DNA of 64,000 bases from an uncultured Pseudanabaenaceae cyanobacterium. Its GTDB lineage: Bacteria > Cyanobacteriota > Cyanobacteriia > PCC-9006 > JAAUQQ01. The translations under genes were made by a program, and so were the position numbers. Shown here in pieces: positions 10,301 to 17,950 of this stretch. Under the pieces are notes generated by a model. The model was given only the letters and a program-made list of their open reading frames with translations, was not told the origin of the DNA and made no database searches. Within the stretch, counting starts at the first letter, position 1; every line of letters begins with the position of its first letter. The stretch spans positions 6,760-70,759 of the forward strand of contig CALLAT010000009.1 in the NCBI GenBank assembly GCA_938002085.1, read 5' to 3'.

Positions 10301-13300
10301 CTAGATGGTGGGGGCATTCGTAATTTCAGTGGGCAGTTAACCCTCAATCAAGGAACGTTTCGCAATAACACTGCATCTCGTTACGGTGGAGCGATTCATA
10401 ATGCTGATCGGTTAGCTGCGGATGGTGTGACCTTTGAAACGGGGCAGGCGGTGGCGGGGGGAGCTATCTTTAGCCAGGCAGGGCAGAATGTTGTGACCAA
10501 TAGCCTGTTCGATCGCAATGTGGTGAGCCAAGGTGTCACAACAGGAGATGGTGGAGGTATTTATAGCTTCCAAAGTGACTTGTTTGTGGGTGACTCGACC
10601 TTTCGCAATAATCAGGCTGAAGACTTTGGTGGAGCAATTGTTAGTTCTGAAGGTGATCTGTCAGTTGTTGGAGCAATATTTCAGAATAATAGTGCAAGGA
10701 TTGGAGGAGGGCTGCATCAGAATGTTGGTGAGTTAGCGATCACCGATTCCCAGTTCCTCAATAACCAATCTCAGCAGCAGGGCGGGGGGCTAAATTTATT
10801 TGGGGTCACGAATAGCCAAATCCAACAAACGCTTATCCAAGCCAATCAAGTCGCAGCTGGGGGGGGCGGCGGCATAACCCTGGGGGGCGAAACAGATCTC
10901 ACCTTGGAGAGGGTTTCACTATTTCGAAACTTGTCAGCAAGGGGCGCGGGCTTGGACGCTTCTAGCTCGTATAGCTATAGTGGCACGCTGAACATTCTCA
11001 ATAGCGCGATCGCCAATAATCAATCCACCGGTAATGGAGGGGGGATTGATGTTAATCCCCTGGCTTTGGGAGGCGACGTCGAAATTGCTAACTCAACGAT
11101 TAGTGGAAATACCAGTGAGAATGACGGGGGGGGGATCGCTATTGGCGCTAATGCAACTTTTGATATCACCAACTCGACACTCGCTCTTAATCAGGTGAAC
11201 AATCGCGGTGGTGGAATTGCGGCTTTTGGTACTGCTGATTTGACCCATGTGACTGCTACGGATAATCAAGCGACTGGCCAAGGTGGGGGACTCTTTGCTG
11301 GTGGAGCAAGCGGCCAGATTCGTTTGACACATACTATCGCTGCAACAAATCAGGCACCTGTGGGCACTGATGTTTCTGGCAACTTTGATGACCAAGGCAA
11401 TAACTTAATTGGAAATCTGGATGGAACCTCTGGATTTACCAACAGCACTCTCCTAGGCAGTAGCGCCAGCCCGATTGACCCATTGCTGGCACCTTTGGAT
11501 AACTATGGGGGGCTGAATGCTACGGCTGCATTGCTGCCTGGTAGTGTTGCGATTGACGCAGGTAGCTCTGCCATTGCTGCAGATCAGCGTGGGGTGGCGC
11601 GGGTTAATGCTGTGGATATTGGTGCCTTTGAGTCCCAGGGATTTGTCACCGCTAGTCCGGTTGGGACACCTCAAAGTACAGAGGTGAATACGGCTTTTCC
11701 CCAGCCATTGGCGATGGGAATCTCCAGCTCCTTTGGTGAACCCGTTGATGGTGGACAAGTTGAGTTTGCAGCACCAGCCTCCAGTGCGAGCATCGCCTCA
11801 AATCAGAACCCAATACCCGTCACAATCACGGGCGGTGTGGCTCAGCTCTCCGTGAATGCGAATGGAATTGTCGGAGAATATAATGTAGAAGCAACTGCTG
11901 TGGGCGTAAGCCCAGTTGTTTTTGAGTTGACGAATTTACCTGCTCCCGACCCTGAACCACCATTGCCGACGCCGGACCCTCCTGCAGCACCACCGACACC
12001 GACTGTTGAACCGCCGCCAGTGATCTCCCCGCCAGAGCCGCCACCTGTTGTTGTACCAACATTTCCCTCGCTCACTCCGGAGGAACCATCACCCGTAGTC
12101 GAACCACTGCCTGTCGTCGAACCACCGCCCGTGATCGAATCGCCCGTGGAAAGGCCTTCGGCCGAACCAGTTGTCTTTGAACCGCCTGCCTTGGCGGAAC
12201 CCACTTTGTTGCCGTCTCGTCTCCTAGAATCTCCCAGTCAGCCCTTGTCGGGAGAGTCACCCCTCAGTTTGTCCAGTAGTGAGTCTGTGGCCAAGATTGA
12301 TGCTGACTTCTCTGCTCAATACACCAGCTATTGGCATGCGGCTTCTACAGAAGACTCACCTGTGGGCCAATCTGGCAGTGTTCTAGGAGGAGAGCGCTCT
12401 GGGAATGCCTTGGCCAATACTCGCGAATTGCTAGATCGAGCAGAGGCTGCCCACGGGGTGAAGTCTGCGGTGGTTTATGCCCTGTTTGTGCCCCAGGACA
12501 AAGCCAATGACGAGCGCTTTGGTCAGACCCAAGTGGCTAGTATGGCCCTCCGCCGCCGTCAACAAACCGATGCGGTTCGGGATGATGATTTACTGATGCT
12601 GGTATTAGTGCCCAGCGCAGGGGAGCCGGTGCAGCGCTTGATGGATGTGACGCGTCAAGAAGTGATGCAGCAGGTCCGGCTATTTCGTATGGCGGTGGCA
12701 GATCCGGAAGATCCATGGAGCTTCCGTCCCCTGGCTCAACAGATTCAAAGTTGGCTTTTTGCGCCTATTGAACCTGACCTAGAGCGTTTGGAACTTGATA
12801 ACACCATGTATGCTCTGGCACCGGGGCTGCGGGCGATTCCTCTGGCGGCAATGATGGATGGGGATGAGTTTGTGATTGAACGCTATGGCATTTCTCTGAT
12901 TCCCAGCGTGGATTTGTTGGAGACGGACTTTGGCTCTTCGCCGCCGCCGCCCCAAACTCTGGTTGCTGGTGCGAATGAATTTGAACAGTTAGCAGATCTG
13001 CCCGCAGTAGAGTTGGAATTGAATGCGATCGCTAATCAGCGCGAATCGGTAGATGTGCTGTTCAACCAGGAGTTTACCAAAGCAAACTTGATAGAAACCC
13101 AAAAACAAGGGCAGGCCAAAATGCTCCACTTAGCCACCCATGGTTCTTTCAATGCAGGTGACCTGGGGCGTTCTTATTTACAGTTTTGGGATGGTCAGCT
13201 AACCCTGGATGAAATTAGTCAAATGGGTTGGAACGATCTAGAGCTGTTGATCCTCAGCGCTTGCCAAACTGCCATTAACAGCCCTGAAGCAGAGCTGGGC

Positions 13301-13612
13301 TTTGCAGGCCTAGCGGCGGCGGCGGGTGTAGAAAGTACCATTGGTAGCTTGTGGACGGTCTCTGATATTGGAACGTTGGGGATGATGGCAGAGTTCTATG
13401 GACAACTGAACCAGGAACCACTGCGATTTGAGGCTTTACGCCAGACACAGCTTTCGATGATTCGTGGGGAGACGGCGATCGCCCATCAGCAGTTGCGCAC
13501 TGAGCAGGGGGAGATTGATTTGCCGCCAGAGTGGCAATTGCCTGAGACGGCAGATTTCTCCCATCCCTTCTATTGGTCTGGATTTACGCTGGTGGGTAAC
13601 CCCTGGTGGTAA
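7328..13612 (+). CDS. Giant TPS-domain (filamentous-haemagglutinin N-terminal) beta-helix exoprotein with C-terminal CHAT peptidase domain, 2094 aa
   Basis: Single uninterrupted ORF with a hydrophobic leader (SLLLLPLLGVVALDASAVAA). It contains a TPS domain, GEGGFVETSGK..WLLDPTDILI, GGAI/PMP repeats, a DQRG..DIGAFE cap, one Ig-like domain, a Pro-rich spacer and a CHAT domain. It is paralogous to 1..7134. Confidence 0.93.
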   Translation: MVCPRGVNCRSLLLLPLLGVVALDASAVAAPGPVPVSLPSLAVVEPRLDGPAFLLASASRSSAVPGTSSTESLEAQLSSHTAALGLQLNSFDSPHYLAQVIPSVLGTQTHVSTDVGGNRFEIDGGTQVGGNLFHRFEQFDLTTGQVARFLSNSTIASIFSQVTGPASSIDGLLQVSGSGADLFLINPAGILLGPNAKLDLSGSFTATTASRLGFGEQWIDLLGEGIGAETEIAAPLTVLEFSGDGGAIANQGRLAVAPGESIGLLGHAVVNTGSLEAPGGQVTLAAAKAGQRLSLDGGLLNLDLNAPTGELLPLPFASTALGASLAEATSLQVSADGMISLEAGTAILSGDIDVSALDKAGGQVKLLGESVRLVNSVVDASGHQGGEILVGGNQQGQGTLLRARQTQVDSTSALHVDALGAGDAGQIIVWADDATQFSGTITATAQTGEGGFVETSGKRFLDVAGARVDASSLAGGSGDWLLDPTDILIQVGGGGSIAAESFDPATTGPASVIAPSTIENALDGGTNVTITTAGGTGGNGDITLNDPINQTAGGSASFTLTGRRFDRNGGAQINLTSTGGLTFNLNQVNGESNPSTQSIQTAIDSIGTVNGPRLITLGPGSYVGLPGADLITIDTDLTLDGLDRLQTFISGSNNARVVAIAPGTTATLQRLNIQDGQTAASGAGILNQGNLSLIDVLLQNNIAGLDGGAIDSSATNSSLTTGADTVIANNQAGRNGGGLVLGGNSQIEDGGIIGNVAGNDGGGVHNTGVLRLSRLGVSQNAAAQGGGVANVGSTASTTIQSFAVRDNDATGNGGGIFNDSGTLATLNGSFDNNTSGRSGGGLFSSGPTSMLNTGFDTNQAAQAGGGAFLFGATADLQALSFQNNQAAGDGGGLRLSDITATLSSSDFLNNQADFGGGLEASGSGSVTLNNVTFLENVALRLGGALQNDDSVVLVANEPIFDRNRADLHGGAVHNNSSLTINDGLFIDNSAVLDGGGIRNFSGQLTLNQGTFRNNTASRYGGAIHNADRLAADGVTFETGQAVAGGAIFSQAGQNVVTNSLFDRNVVSQGVTTGDGGGIYSFQSDLFVGDSTFRNNQAEDFGGAIVSSEGDLSVVGAIFQNNSARIGGGLHQNVGELAITDSQFLNNQSQQQGGGLNLFGVTNSQIQQTLIQANQVAAGGGGGITLGGETDLTLERVSLFRNLSARGAGLDASSSYSYSGTLNILNSAIANNQSTGNGGGIDVNPLALGGDVEIANSTISGNTSENDGGGIAIGANATFDITNSTLALNQVNNRGGGIAAFGTADLTHVTATDNQATGQGGGLFAGGASGQIRLTHTIAATNQAPVGTDVSGNFDDQGNNLIGNLDGTSGFTNSTLLGSSASPIDPLLAPLDNYGGLNATAALLPGSVAIDAGSSAIAADQRGVARVNAVDIGAFESQGFVTASPVGTPQSTEVNTAFPQPLAMGISSSFGEPVDGGQVEFAAPASSASIASNQNPIPVTITGGVAQLSVNANGIVGEYNVEATAVGVSPVVFELTNLPAPDPEPPLPTPDPPAAPPTPTVEPPPVISPPEPPPVVVPTFPSLTPEEPSPVVEPLPVVEPPPVIESPVERPSAEPVVFEPPALAEPTLLPSRLLESPSQPLSGESPLSLSSSESVAKIDADFSAQYTSYWHAASTEDSPVGQSGSVLGGERSGNALANTRELLDRAEAAHGVKSAVVYALFVPQDKANDERFGQTQVASMALRRRQQTDAVRDDDLLMLVLVPSAGEPVQRLMDVTRQEVMQQVRLFRMAVADPEDPWSFRPLAQQIQSWLFAPIEPDLERLELDNTMYALAPGLRAIPLAAMMDGDEFVIERYGISLIPSVDLLETDFGSSPPPPQTLVAGANEFEQLADLPAVELELNAIANQRESVDVLFNQEFTKANLIETQKQGQAKMLHLATHGSFNAGDLGRSYLQFWDGQLTLDEISQMGWNDLELLILSACQTAINSPEAELGFAGLAAAAGVESTIGSLWTVSDIGTLGMMAEFYGQLNQEPLRFEALRQTQLSMIRGETAIAHQQLRTEQGEIDLPPEWQLPETADFSHPFYWSGFTLVGNPWW
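7619..7972 (+). other. TPS / haemagglutination-activity secretion domain of giant 2
   Basis: [74 protein letters not shown] matches the hallmark N-x-F-H-x-F and (L/I)INPxGI motifs of TpsA N-termini. Confidence 0.85.
9370..11632 (+). other. PMP-type (GGAI/GGGL) beta-helix repeat region of giant 2 with DQRG..DIGAFE cap
   Basis: The repeat logic is the same as in giant 1 but the sequence is divergent. Boundaries are approximate. Confidence 0.75.
12450..13609 (+). other. CHAT peptidase module of giant 2 (core about 12730..13609)
   Basis: The His codon is 13139..13141 (LHLATHGSF) and the Cys codon is 13262..13264 (LILSACQTA). By eye it is about 70% identical to the giant-1 module (not computed), and the last 20 aa are identical. 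Confidence 0.85.
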
Positions 13613-14086
13613 GGGCTGGCCTGTTTGGCTCTGGAAGTTGATCTCTCAGGAGAGTGGTTCTTCGCATTTGTACGCAGGGAGACTCGGGTTGGACACTTTG
13701 GCTTAGGGAGATTTAAGGGACTGGAATCGTCGCGATCGCAGTTTTACTGAAGCCCTTATCCATGGAATAAATAGAGAGGATAGTAGCTTTATCAAAGCCC
13801 TAAAAATACGTTTAAAAGCCTTGGGTTTGCTTTGCCTAAGACCTGAAGCGGTTGGTTATTCTGGGTCTATATTTAAGTCAGGCCTCACCGTCTAAAGCCT
13901 CTGTGAGGGCTGACTGTATCGCGTTTGAGCTGCTCCTACCCAGCGGTTTTACAGTTGGGATTGGAGCTAAGAAGCGTGATCAACGCAAACTTGCCAAGTT
14001 CATCCTCAGCATCCATTGCTGCCTGCCAGTTCAGCTGACGTTACGCCGTCCAGGGACTCTCCGGTTCTCATTAGGTTTTGTAGATT

Positions 14087-14935
14087 ATGGCTCTTCCAAT
14101 GCCAACCCAATCCAGTTCCGCTTCCATGACATTCCCTAATGAGGGGGAGTCCGCAACAAGCTTGCGACGCAACCGGCGAGGAGGAGCCTGGGCTCAGTTT
14201 GCGCTCGCCACCCTGGCGATGTTGGGTGGCCTCGTTCTTCCAGGAGCGACCCAAGTCGCCCAGGCTCAGTCCAACTCCGCTAACGCTTCTAGCGCTAGTA
14301 CATCTAACGCTAAGCCCAGCCGAGTGCGCTGGACTCCTAAGCCTGAACGGGGCAATGCTCGGGGTACCTTGTCCGGCGGCCGTCGTGGAGGCGATACAGT
14401 GGCCTGCGGTCCGACTGCCGATGATACTGCTCTCAATTTGCTGGTGACCGATGCGCGGGAAAGTTTGATTACCACCCAGGCCCAGCCCACCCTGGCTTGG
14501 CAGGTGAAGACTCAACAGCCCGTGGAAATGGAGCTTATTGTCAGCGATGTGAGCCAGGCAGCCCCTCTGTTTACTCAACGCTTGGTGGCCAACGAGAGTG
14601 AAGTGATCCGCGTGGAGTTGCCGCCTGCTGCTGCTCTCAGCCCCGGTGCTCAGTACCGCTGGACCGTGGTTGCCCAATGTCCCACAGGCCAAAAATCGGA
14701 GATTTATGCTCGAAGCTTTATCCGACAGGTCTCTGGGGAATCCTTAGGTCAGCAGCCTTCTGTTACCTCCTCCCTGGGGCAGCTTCCTCTGGATCAAGCT
14801 GTTGCCTATGCCAATAGCGGTGTTTGGTATGACGCCGTGGCACAGTTATTGACCTTGCCCGAGCAGGTGGTGCAAGGTCAACCCGCCGATCTTTTGGCTG
14901 AACTCTTGGAGCAAGCCCAGACTTCGACCCTTTAG
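14087..14935 (+). CDS. DUF928 domain-containing secreted protein
   Basis: Signal-peptide-like segment FALATLAMLGGLVLPGATQVAQAQ, followed by the Gly/Arg motif RGNARGTLSGGRRGGDTVAC and a beta-rich body (PTLAWQV..VELPPAA..LSPGAQYRWTV). This pattern is typical of the cyanobacterial DUF928 family. Confidence 0.8.
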   Translation: MALPMPTQSSSASMTFPNEGESATSLRRNRRGGAWAQFALATLAMLGGLVLPGATQVAQAQSNSANASSASTSNAKPSRVRWTPKPERGNARGTLSGGRRGGDTVACGPTADDTALNLLVTDARESLITTQAQPTLAWQVKTQQPVEMELIVSDVSQAAPLFTQRLVANESEVIRVELPPAAALSPGAQYRWTVVAQCPTGQKSEIYARSFIRQVSGESLGQQPSVTSSLGQLPLDQAVAYANSGVWYDAVAQLLTLPEQVVQGQPADLLAELLEQAQTSTL

Positions 14936-14980
14936 TGATTGGAGGAGGGAAGCCAGGGCTATTGCACTTCGTAAGCACTT

Positions 14981-16804
14981 ATGAACCTGCTGCACCTATT
15001 CTCACGATTTCGAAATTTGGGTGGAGCGGGCACAAGCCGCTTTCAGCGGAAGCGCCCTGTGGATTGGTCCCAATGGCGATCGCTCCTGGTTGCGGGCAGC
15101 AGTGCTACCACTTGCTTGTTGCTGTTGCGATTTCTGGGCTTGCTTCAGCCTGTGGAGCTAAAAAGCCTGGACTGGATGCAGCAGTTACGCCTCACTGAAC
15201 CTGTGGACTCCCGTATCGTTTTGGTGGGGGTGACTGATGCTGATTTAAATTGGCTCGGTACGCCAGTGCTTACCGATGCCACTCTGGCTGCGGTGATTGA
15301 GGCAATTCAAGAGCAATCGCCCCGAGTCATTGGCTTAGACTTTTATCGGAATTTGCCCGTGGAGCCGGGCCGAGCTCAGTTGGATGCGGTGTTAGAGACC
15401 TCCGCCAATTTGGTGGGGATTGAAAAGGTGGTGTTGGAAGAAGGTCAGTCGCGTCAGGATGGAGCCCTGCCAGGCCACCCGCTGCTGGTGGCTGGAGATC
15501 AAGTTGGGGCCAGTGATGTGATTGTGGATCGCGATGGTCGCATTCGTCGGGGAGCGATTTTTCCCGCAACGACTGGCCCTCGCGTGCTAGAAGGTCTGGG
15601 GGCTCGGGTGGCTCTAGATTATTTGGCAGATGAAGAAATATACCCCGAACTGGAATCGGAGTTTCTAAGGATCGCGGGGACCACTATCGCCCCGCTGGAG
15701 CGCTATAGTGGCGGCTATATGCGGTTGGACAGCGGCGGTTATCAAGTGCTGTTCAACCCTCGGCGCACTGCCAAGCCGGTGGAGCTGATCTCGATTCGAG
15801 ATTTGTTGACGGGAAATGTTGCCAGCGATCGCATGACAGATCGCATTGTCATGGTGGGTAGCACTGCGCTGAGTGCTGCCGATTTGTTTTACACCCCCCA
15901 TAGCAATGGCTACTTTCGTGATTCTGGCATTACCTATGGGGTTGAGTTGCATGGGGAACTTGCGAGCCAGCTGATTAGCCAGGTGCTAGATGGTCGTCCT
16001 GCACTACGGAGTTTATCCGAAGGCTGGGAGATGCTCATCATCGCGATGTCTGCCTTTGGCGGGGCAGCATTTCAGCTGTGGCTCGGTGACAAGCAGCGTA
16101 ATTTTGGGGTAGCCGCTGCCTTTGTTGGCATGCCCCTGGTCAGCTATGGGGCCTTTGTGGGGATGGGCCTGTGGCTACCGATTGTGCCTTGTTTAGGGAC
16201 CTTGGGCTTGGCTTCGTTGCTGATGACTTTAAATCGTTCCAATCAGTTCAAGACCCTAGCAGAGCGAGATGCGCTCACACGCCTAGCCAACCGTCGCCGG
16301 TTTGATGAAGCCTTGCAGCGATCGTGGATGGAGGGGTTGCGATCGTCCCATGCACTCTCGCTGATTCTCTGCGATGTGGATTATTTCAAGCTGTATAACG
16401 ATACCTACGGCCATTCTTTGGGAGATGATTGTCTGATGCGAGTGGCCCAGGTCATTCAACAGTCCACTGTGCTGGGCTCTGGGTTGGCGGCCCGCTATGG
16501 TGGCGAAGAATTTGTGGTGCTGATGCCGAAGGCAACGCCAGAGGAAGCGCTGGCCCAGGCCAATCAAATCCGTGAGCGCTTGATGGCTTTACAACTTCCC
16601 CATGAGGCTTCTGAAATTAGTGACTCGGTGACGCTGAGTTTGGGGGTGGCGACTTTGATGCCAACGATGAATTTACCCATGGGGGCCTTGGTTGAGCAGG
16701 CGGATGTGGCGCTGTATGCCGCGAAACAAGGCGGACGGAATCAAGCCCAGCTCTATCGCCCTGAGATGGAGCAGGATGATGAGATCTTGACCCAGGCTGC
16801 CTAG
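14981..16804 (+). CDS. CHASE2 sensor-domain diguanylate cyclase (CHASE2-TM-GGDEF)
   Basis: An N-terminal TM segment is followed by LQPVELKSLDWMQQLR and a ~300-aa extracytoplasmic region. Three TM helices follow, then a GGDEF domain (DALTRLANRRRF.., RYGGEEFVVLM). No RxxD I-site lies upstream of GGEEF. Confidence 0.9.
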   Translation: MNLLHLFSRFRNLGGAGTSRFQRKRPVDWSQWRSLLVAGSSATTCLLLLRFLGLLQPVELKSLDWMQQLRLTEPVDSRIVLVGVTDADLNWLGTPVLTDATLAAVIEAIQEQSPRVIGLDFYRNLPVEPGRAQLDAVLETSANLVGIEKVVLEEGQSRQDGALPGHPLLVAGDQVGASDVIVDRDGRIRRGAIFPATTGPRVLEGLGARVALDYLADEEIYPELESEFLRIAGTTIAPLERYSGGYMRLDSGGYQVLFNPRRTAKPVELISIRDLLTGNVASDRMTDRIVMVGSTALSAADLFYTPHSNGYFRDSGITYGVELHGELASQLISQVLDGRPALRSLSEGWEMLIIAMSAFGGAAFQLWLGDKQRNFGVAAAFVGMPLVSYGAFVGMGLWLPIVPCLGTLGLASLLMTLNRSNQFKTLAERDALTRLANRRRFDEALQRSWMEGLRSSHALSLILCDVDYFKLYNDTYGHSLGDDCLMRVAQVIQQSTVLGSGLAARYGGEEFVVLMPKATPEEALAQANQIRERLMALQLPHEASEISDSVTLSLGVATLMPTMNLPMGALVEQADVALYAAKQGGRNQAQLYRPEMEQDDEILTQAA

Positions 16805-16910
16805 CCAAAGCCCAGTATTTCTTGGACTCGGCGGTGCGCGCTGGGGGGAGTTAAAGGGGTGGGGGCATCTAACCCTTACCCTAGAGCTAGAATCTCTTCA
16901 TTCTCCTGCT

Positions 16911-17819
16911 ATGGAACTTCGCCATTTGCGCTACTTTACGGCTGTGGCTGAGGAGCTGCATTTTGGTAGGGCTGCGGCGAGGCTGCACATGGCCCAGCCT
17001 CCCTTGAGTCAGCAGATTAAACAGTTGGAGGAAGAGCTTGGTTTCTTGCTGTTTCATCGCACGAAGCGATCGGTGCGGCTGACGGCGGCGGGGGAGCGTT
17101 TTCTCGGGGAGACGCAGCTGATTTTTCAACGGCTGGAGCAGGCGATCGCCACGGGGCAGCGCACTAGTCGCGGTGAATTAGGGGAGCTATCCATTGGCTT
17201 TGTGGGGTCTGCTTCGTACAGCGTGTTGCCGCCGATTTTGCAGCAGTTTCGTCAACGTTGCCCCCAGGTGGAGCTAACCTTGCGGGAGCTAACGACTAAT
17301 GTTCAGCTTGAGGCGCTACGGGAAAATCGTATCGATATTGGCTTTGTGCGTCCGCCGATTCAAGCAGAAGGGGTTGTCCAGCAACCGATTTTGCAAGAGT
17401 CCCTGGTGGTGGCGCTGAGTGAGGGACATCGGTTATTGGGGAGCTGGGTTGAGGGCGATCGCAAGATCGCAGATTCAGCTTCCATCAGGATTGCAGATTT
17501 AGCGGCTGAAGATTTTATTCTGTTTCCTCGGCCTTTAGCTCCTGGGTTGTATGACCAAGTTATTGCGCTGTGTCAGCAAGGGGGCTTTAGTCCTCGGGTG
17601 GTGCAGCAGGCAGTGCAGATGCAGACGATTGTGGGGTTGGTGGCGGCGGAGATTGGCATTGCGTTGGTGCCGGAGTCGCTGCGAAATTTGCAGCGGGCGG
17701 GGGTGGTGTATTTGCCGTTGCAGGAGGTGACGCCTCAGGCGGAGATCGCGTTGGTGTGGCGGGAGGGAGATTTGTCGCCGACGGTGCAGCAGTTTTTAGA
17801 GATGATTAATCAACGGTAG
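16911..17819 (+). CDS. LysR family transcriptional regulator
   Basis: MELRHLRYFTAVAEELHFGRAAARLHMAQPPLSQQIKQLEEELG is a canonical LysR wHTH. The C-terminal substrate-binding domain has typical length. Confidence 0.93.
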   Translation: MELRHLRYFTAVAEELHFGRAAARLHMAQPPLSQQIKQLEEELGFLLFHRTKRSVRLTAAGERFLGETQLIFQRLEQAIATGQRTSRGELGELSIGFVGSASYSVLPPILQQFRQRCPQVELTLRELTTNVQLEALRENRIDIGFVRPPIQAEGVVQQPILQESLVVALSEGHRLLGSWVEGDRKIADSASIRIADLAAEDFILFPRPLAPGLYDQVIALCQQGGFSPRVVQQAVQMQTIVGLVAAEIGIALVPESLRNLQRAGVVYLPLQEVTPQAEIALVWREGDLSPTVQQFLEMINQR

Positions 17820-17844
17820 TGCGTTGTCCCAACGGGCAACGCAC
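17819..17844 (+). terminator. Hairpin overlapping the LysR stop codon (possible terminator, no U-tract)
   Basis: gtgcgttg-t-ccc aac ggg-c-caacgcac forms an 8+3 bp stem. Confidence 0.35.
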
Positions 17845-17904
17845 CATCGCAGAGGCATTGCCCCACACAATGGTGCGTGATTCGGTACGGATTTGAACCG
17901 AGTT

Positions 17905-17932
17905 GGTGCGTTTTGCTGCGCAGAAACGCACC
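17905..17932 (-). terminator. Hairpin just downstream of the chelatase-like gene (possible terminator, no U-tract)
   Basis: ggtgcgttt / aaacgcacc forms a 9-bp stem around the palindromic loop tgctgcgcag. Confidence 0.35.
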
Positions 17933-17950
17933 CTACGTATTAATTACGTA

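Noticed and set aside
96-12260. Many 60-136 aa antisense or alternate-frame ORFs inside the two giant genes (for example 96..506 -, 2962..3306 -, 9517..9870 -, 11842..12204 -)
   Set aside because: They lie entirely within long, well-supported coding regions. Their compositions are low-complexity mirror images (P/S/A/G-rich) of the sense-strand repeats, and none shows a recognisable motif. They are shadow ORFs.
1-13612. CdiA/CdiI-type contact-dependent inhibition (polymorphic toxin plus immunity) as the explanation for the TPS-CHAT giants
   Set aside because: No VENN or other pre-toxin demarcation motif was seen. The C-terminal CHAT modules are the most conserved part of the two paralogues rather than the most variable. 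The gene downstream of giant 2 has a signal peptide and is 475 nt away, unlike a small cytoplasmic immunity gene. This cannot be fully excluded without experiments.
13852-14139. 95-aa + strand ORF in the 475-bp spacer between giant 2 and DUF928; also the 228-aa minus ORF at 14006..14692
   Set aside because: There are no recognisable motifs. The minus ORF is antisense to the DUF928 gene, and the small + ORF overlaps the DUF928 start out of frame. The spacer is more likely promoter or UTR sequence.
17881-17912. tRNA gene on the minus strand suggested by GGTTCAAATCC and a downstream ..CACCA
   Set aside because: The flanking bases pair for only 3 bp of T-stem, and no acceptor, D or anticodon arms can be drawn. 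At best it is a relic fragment.
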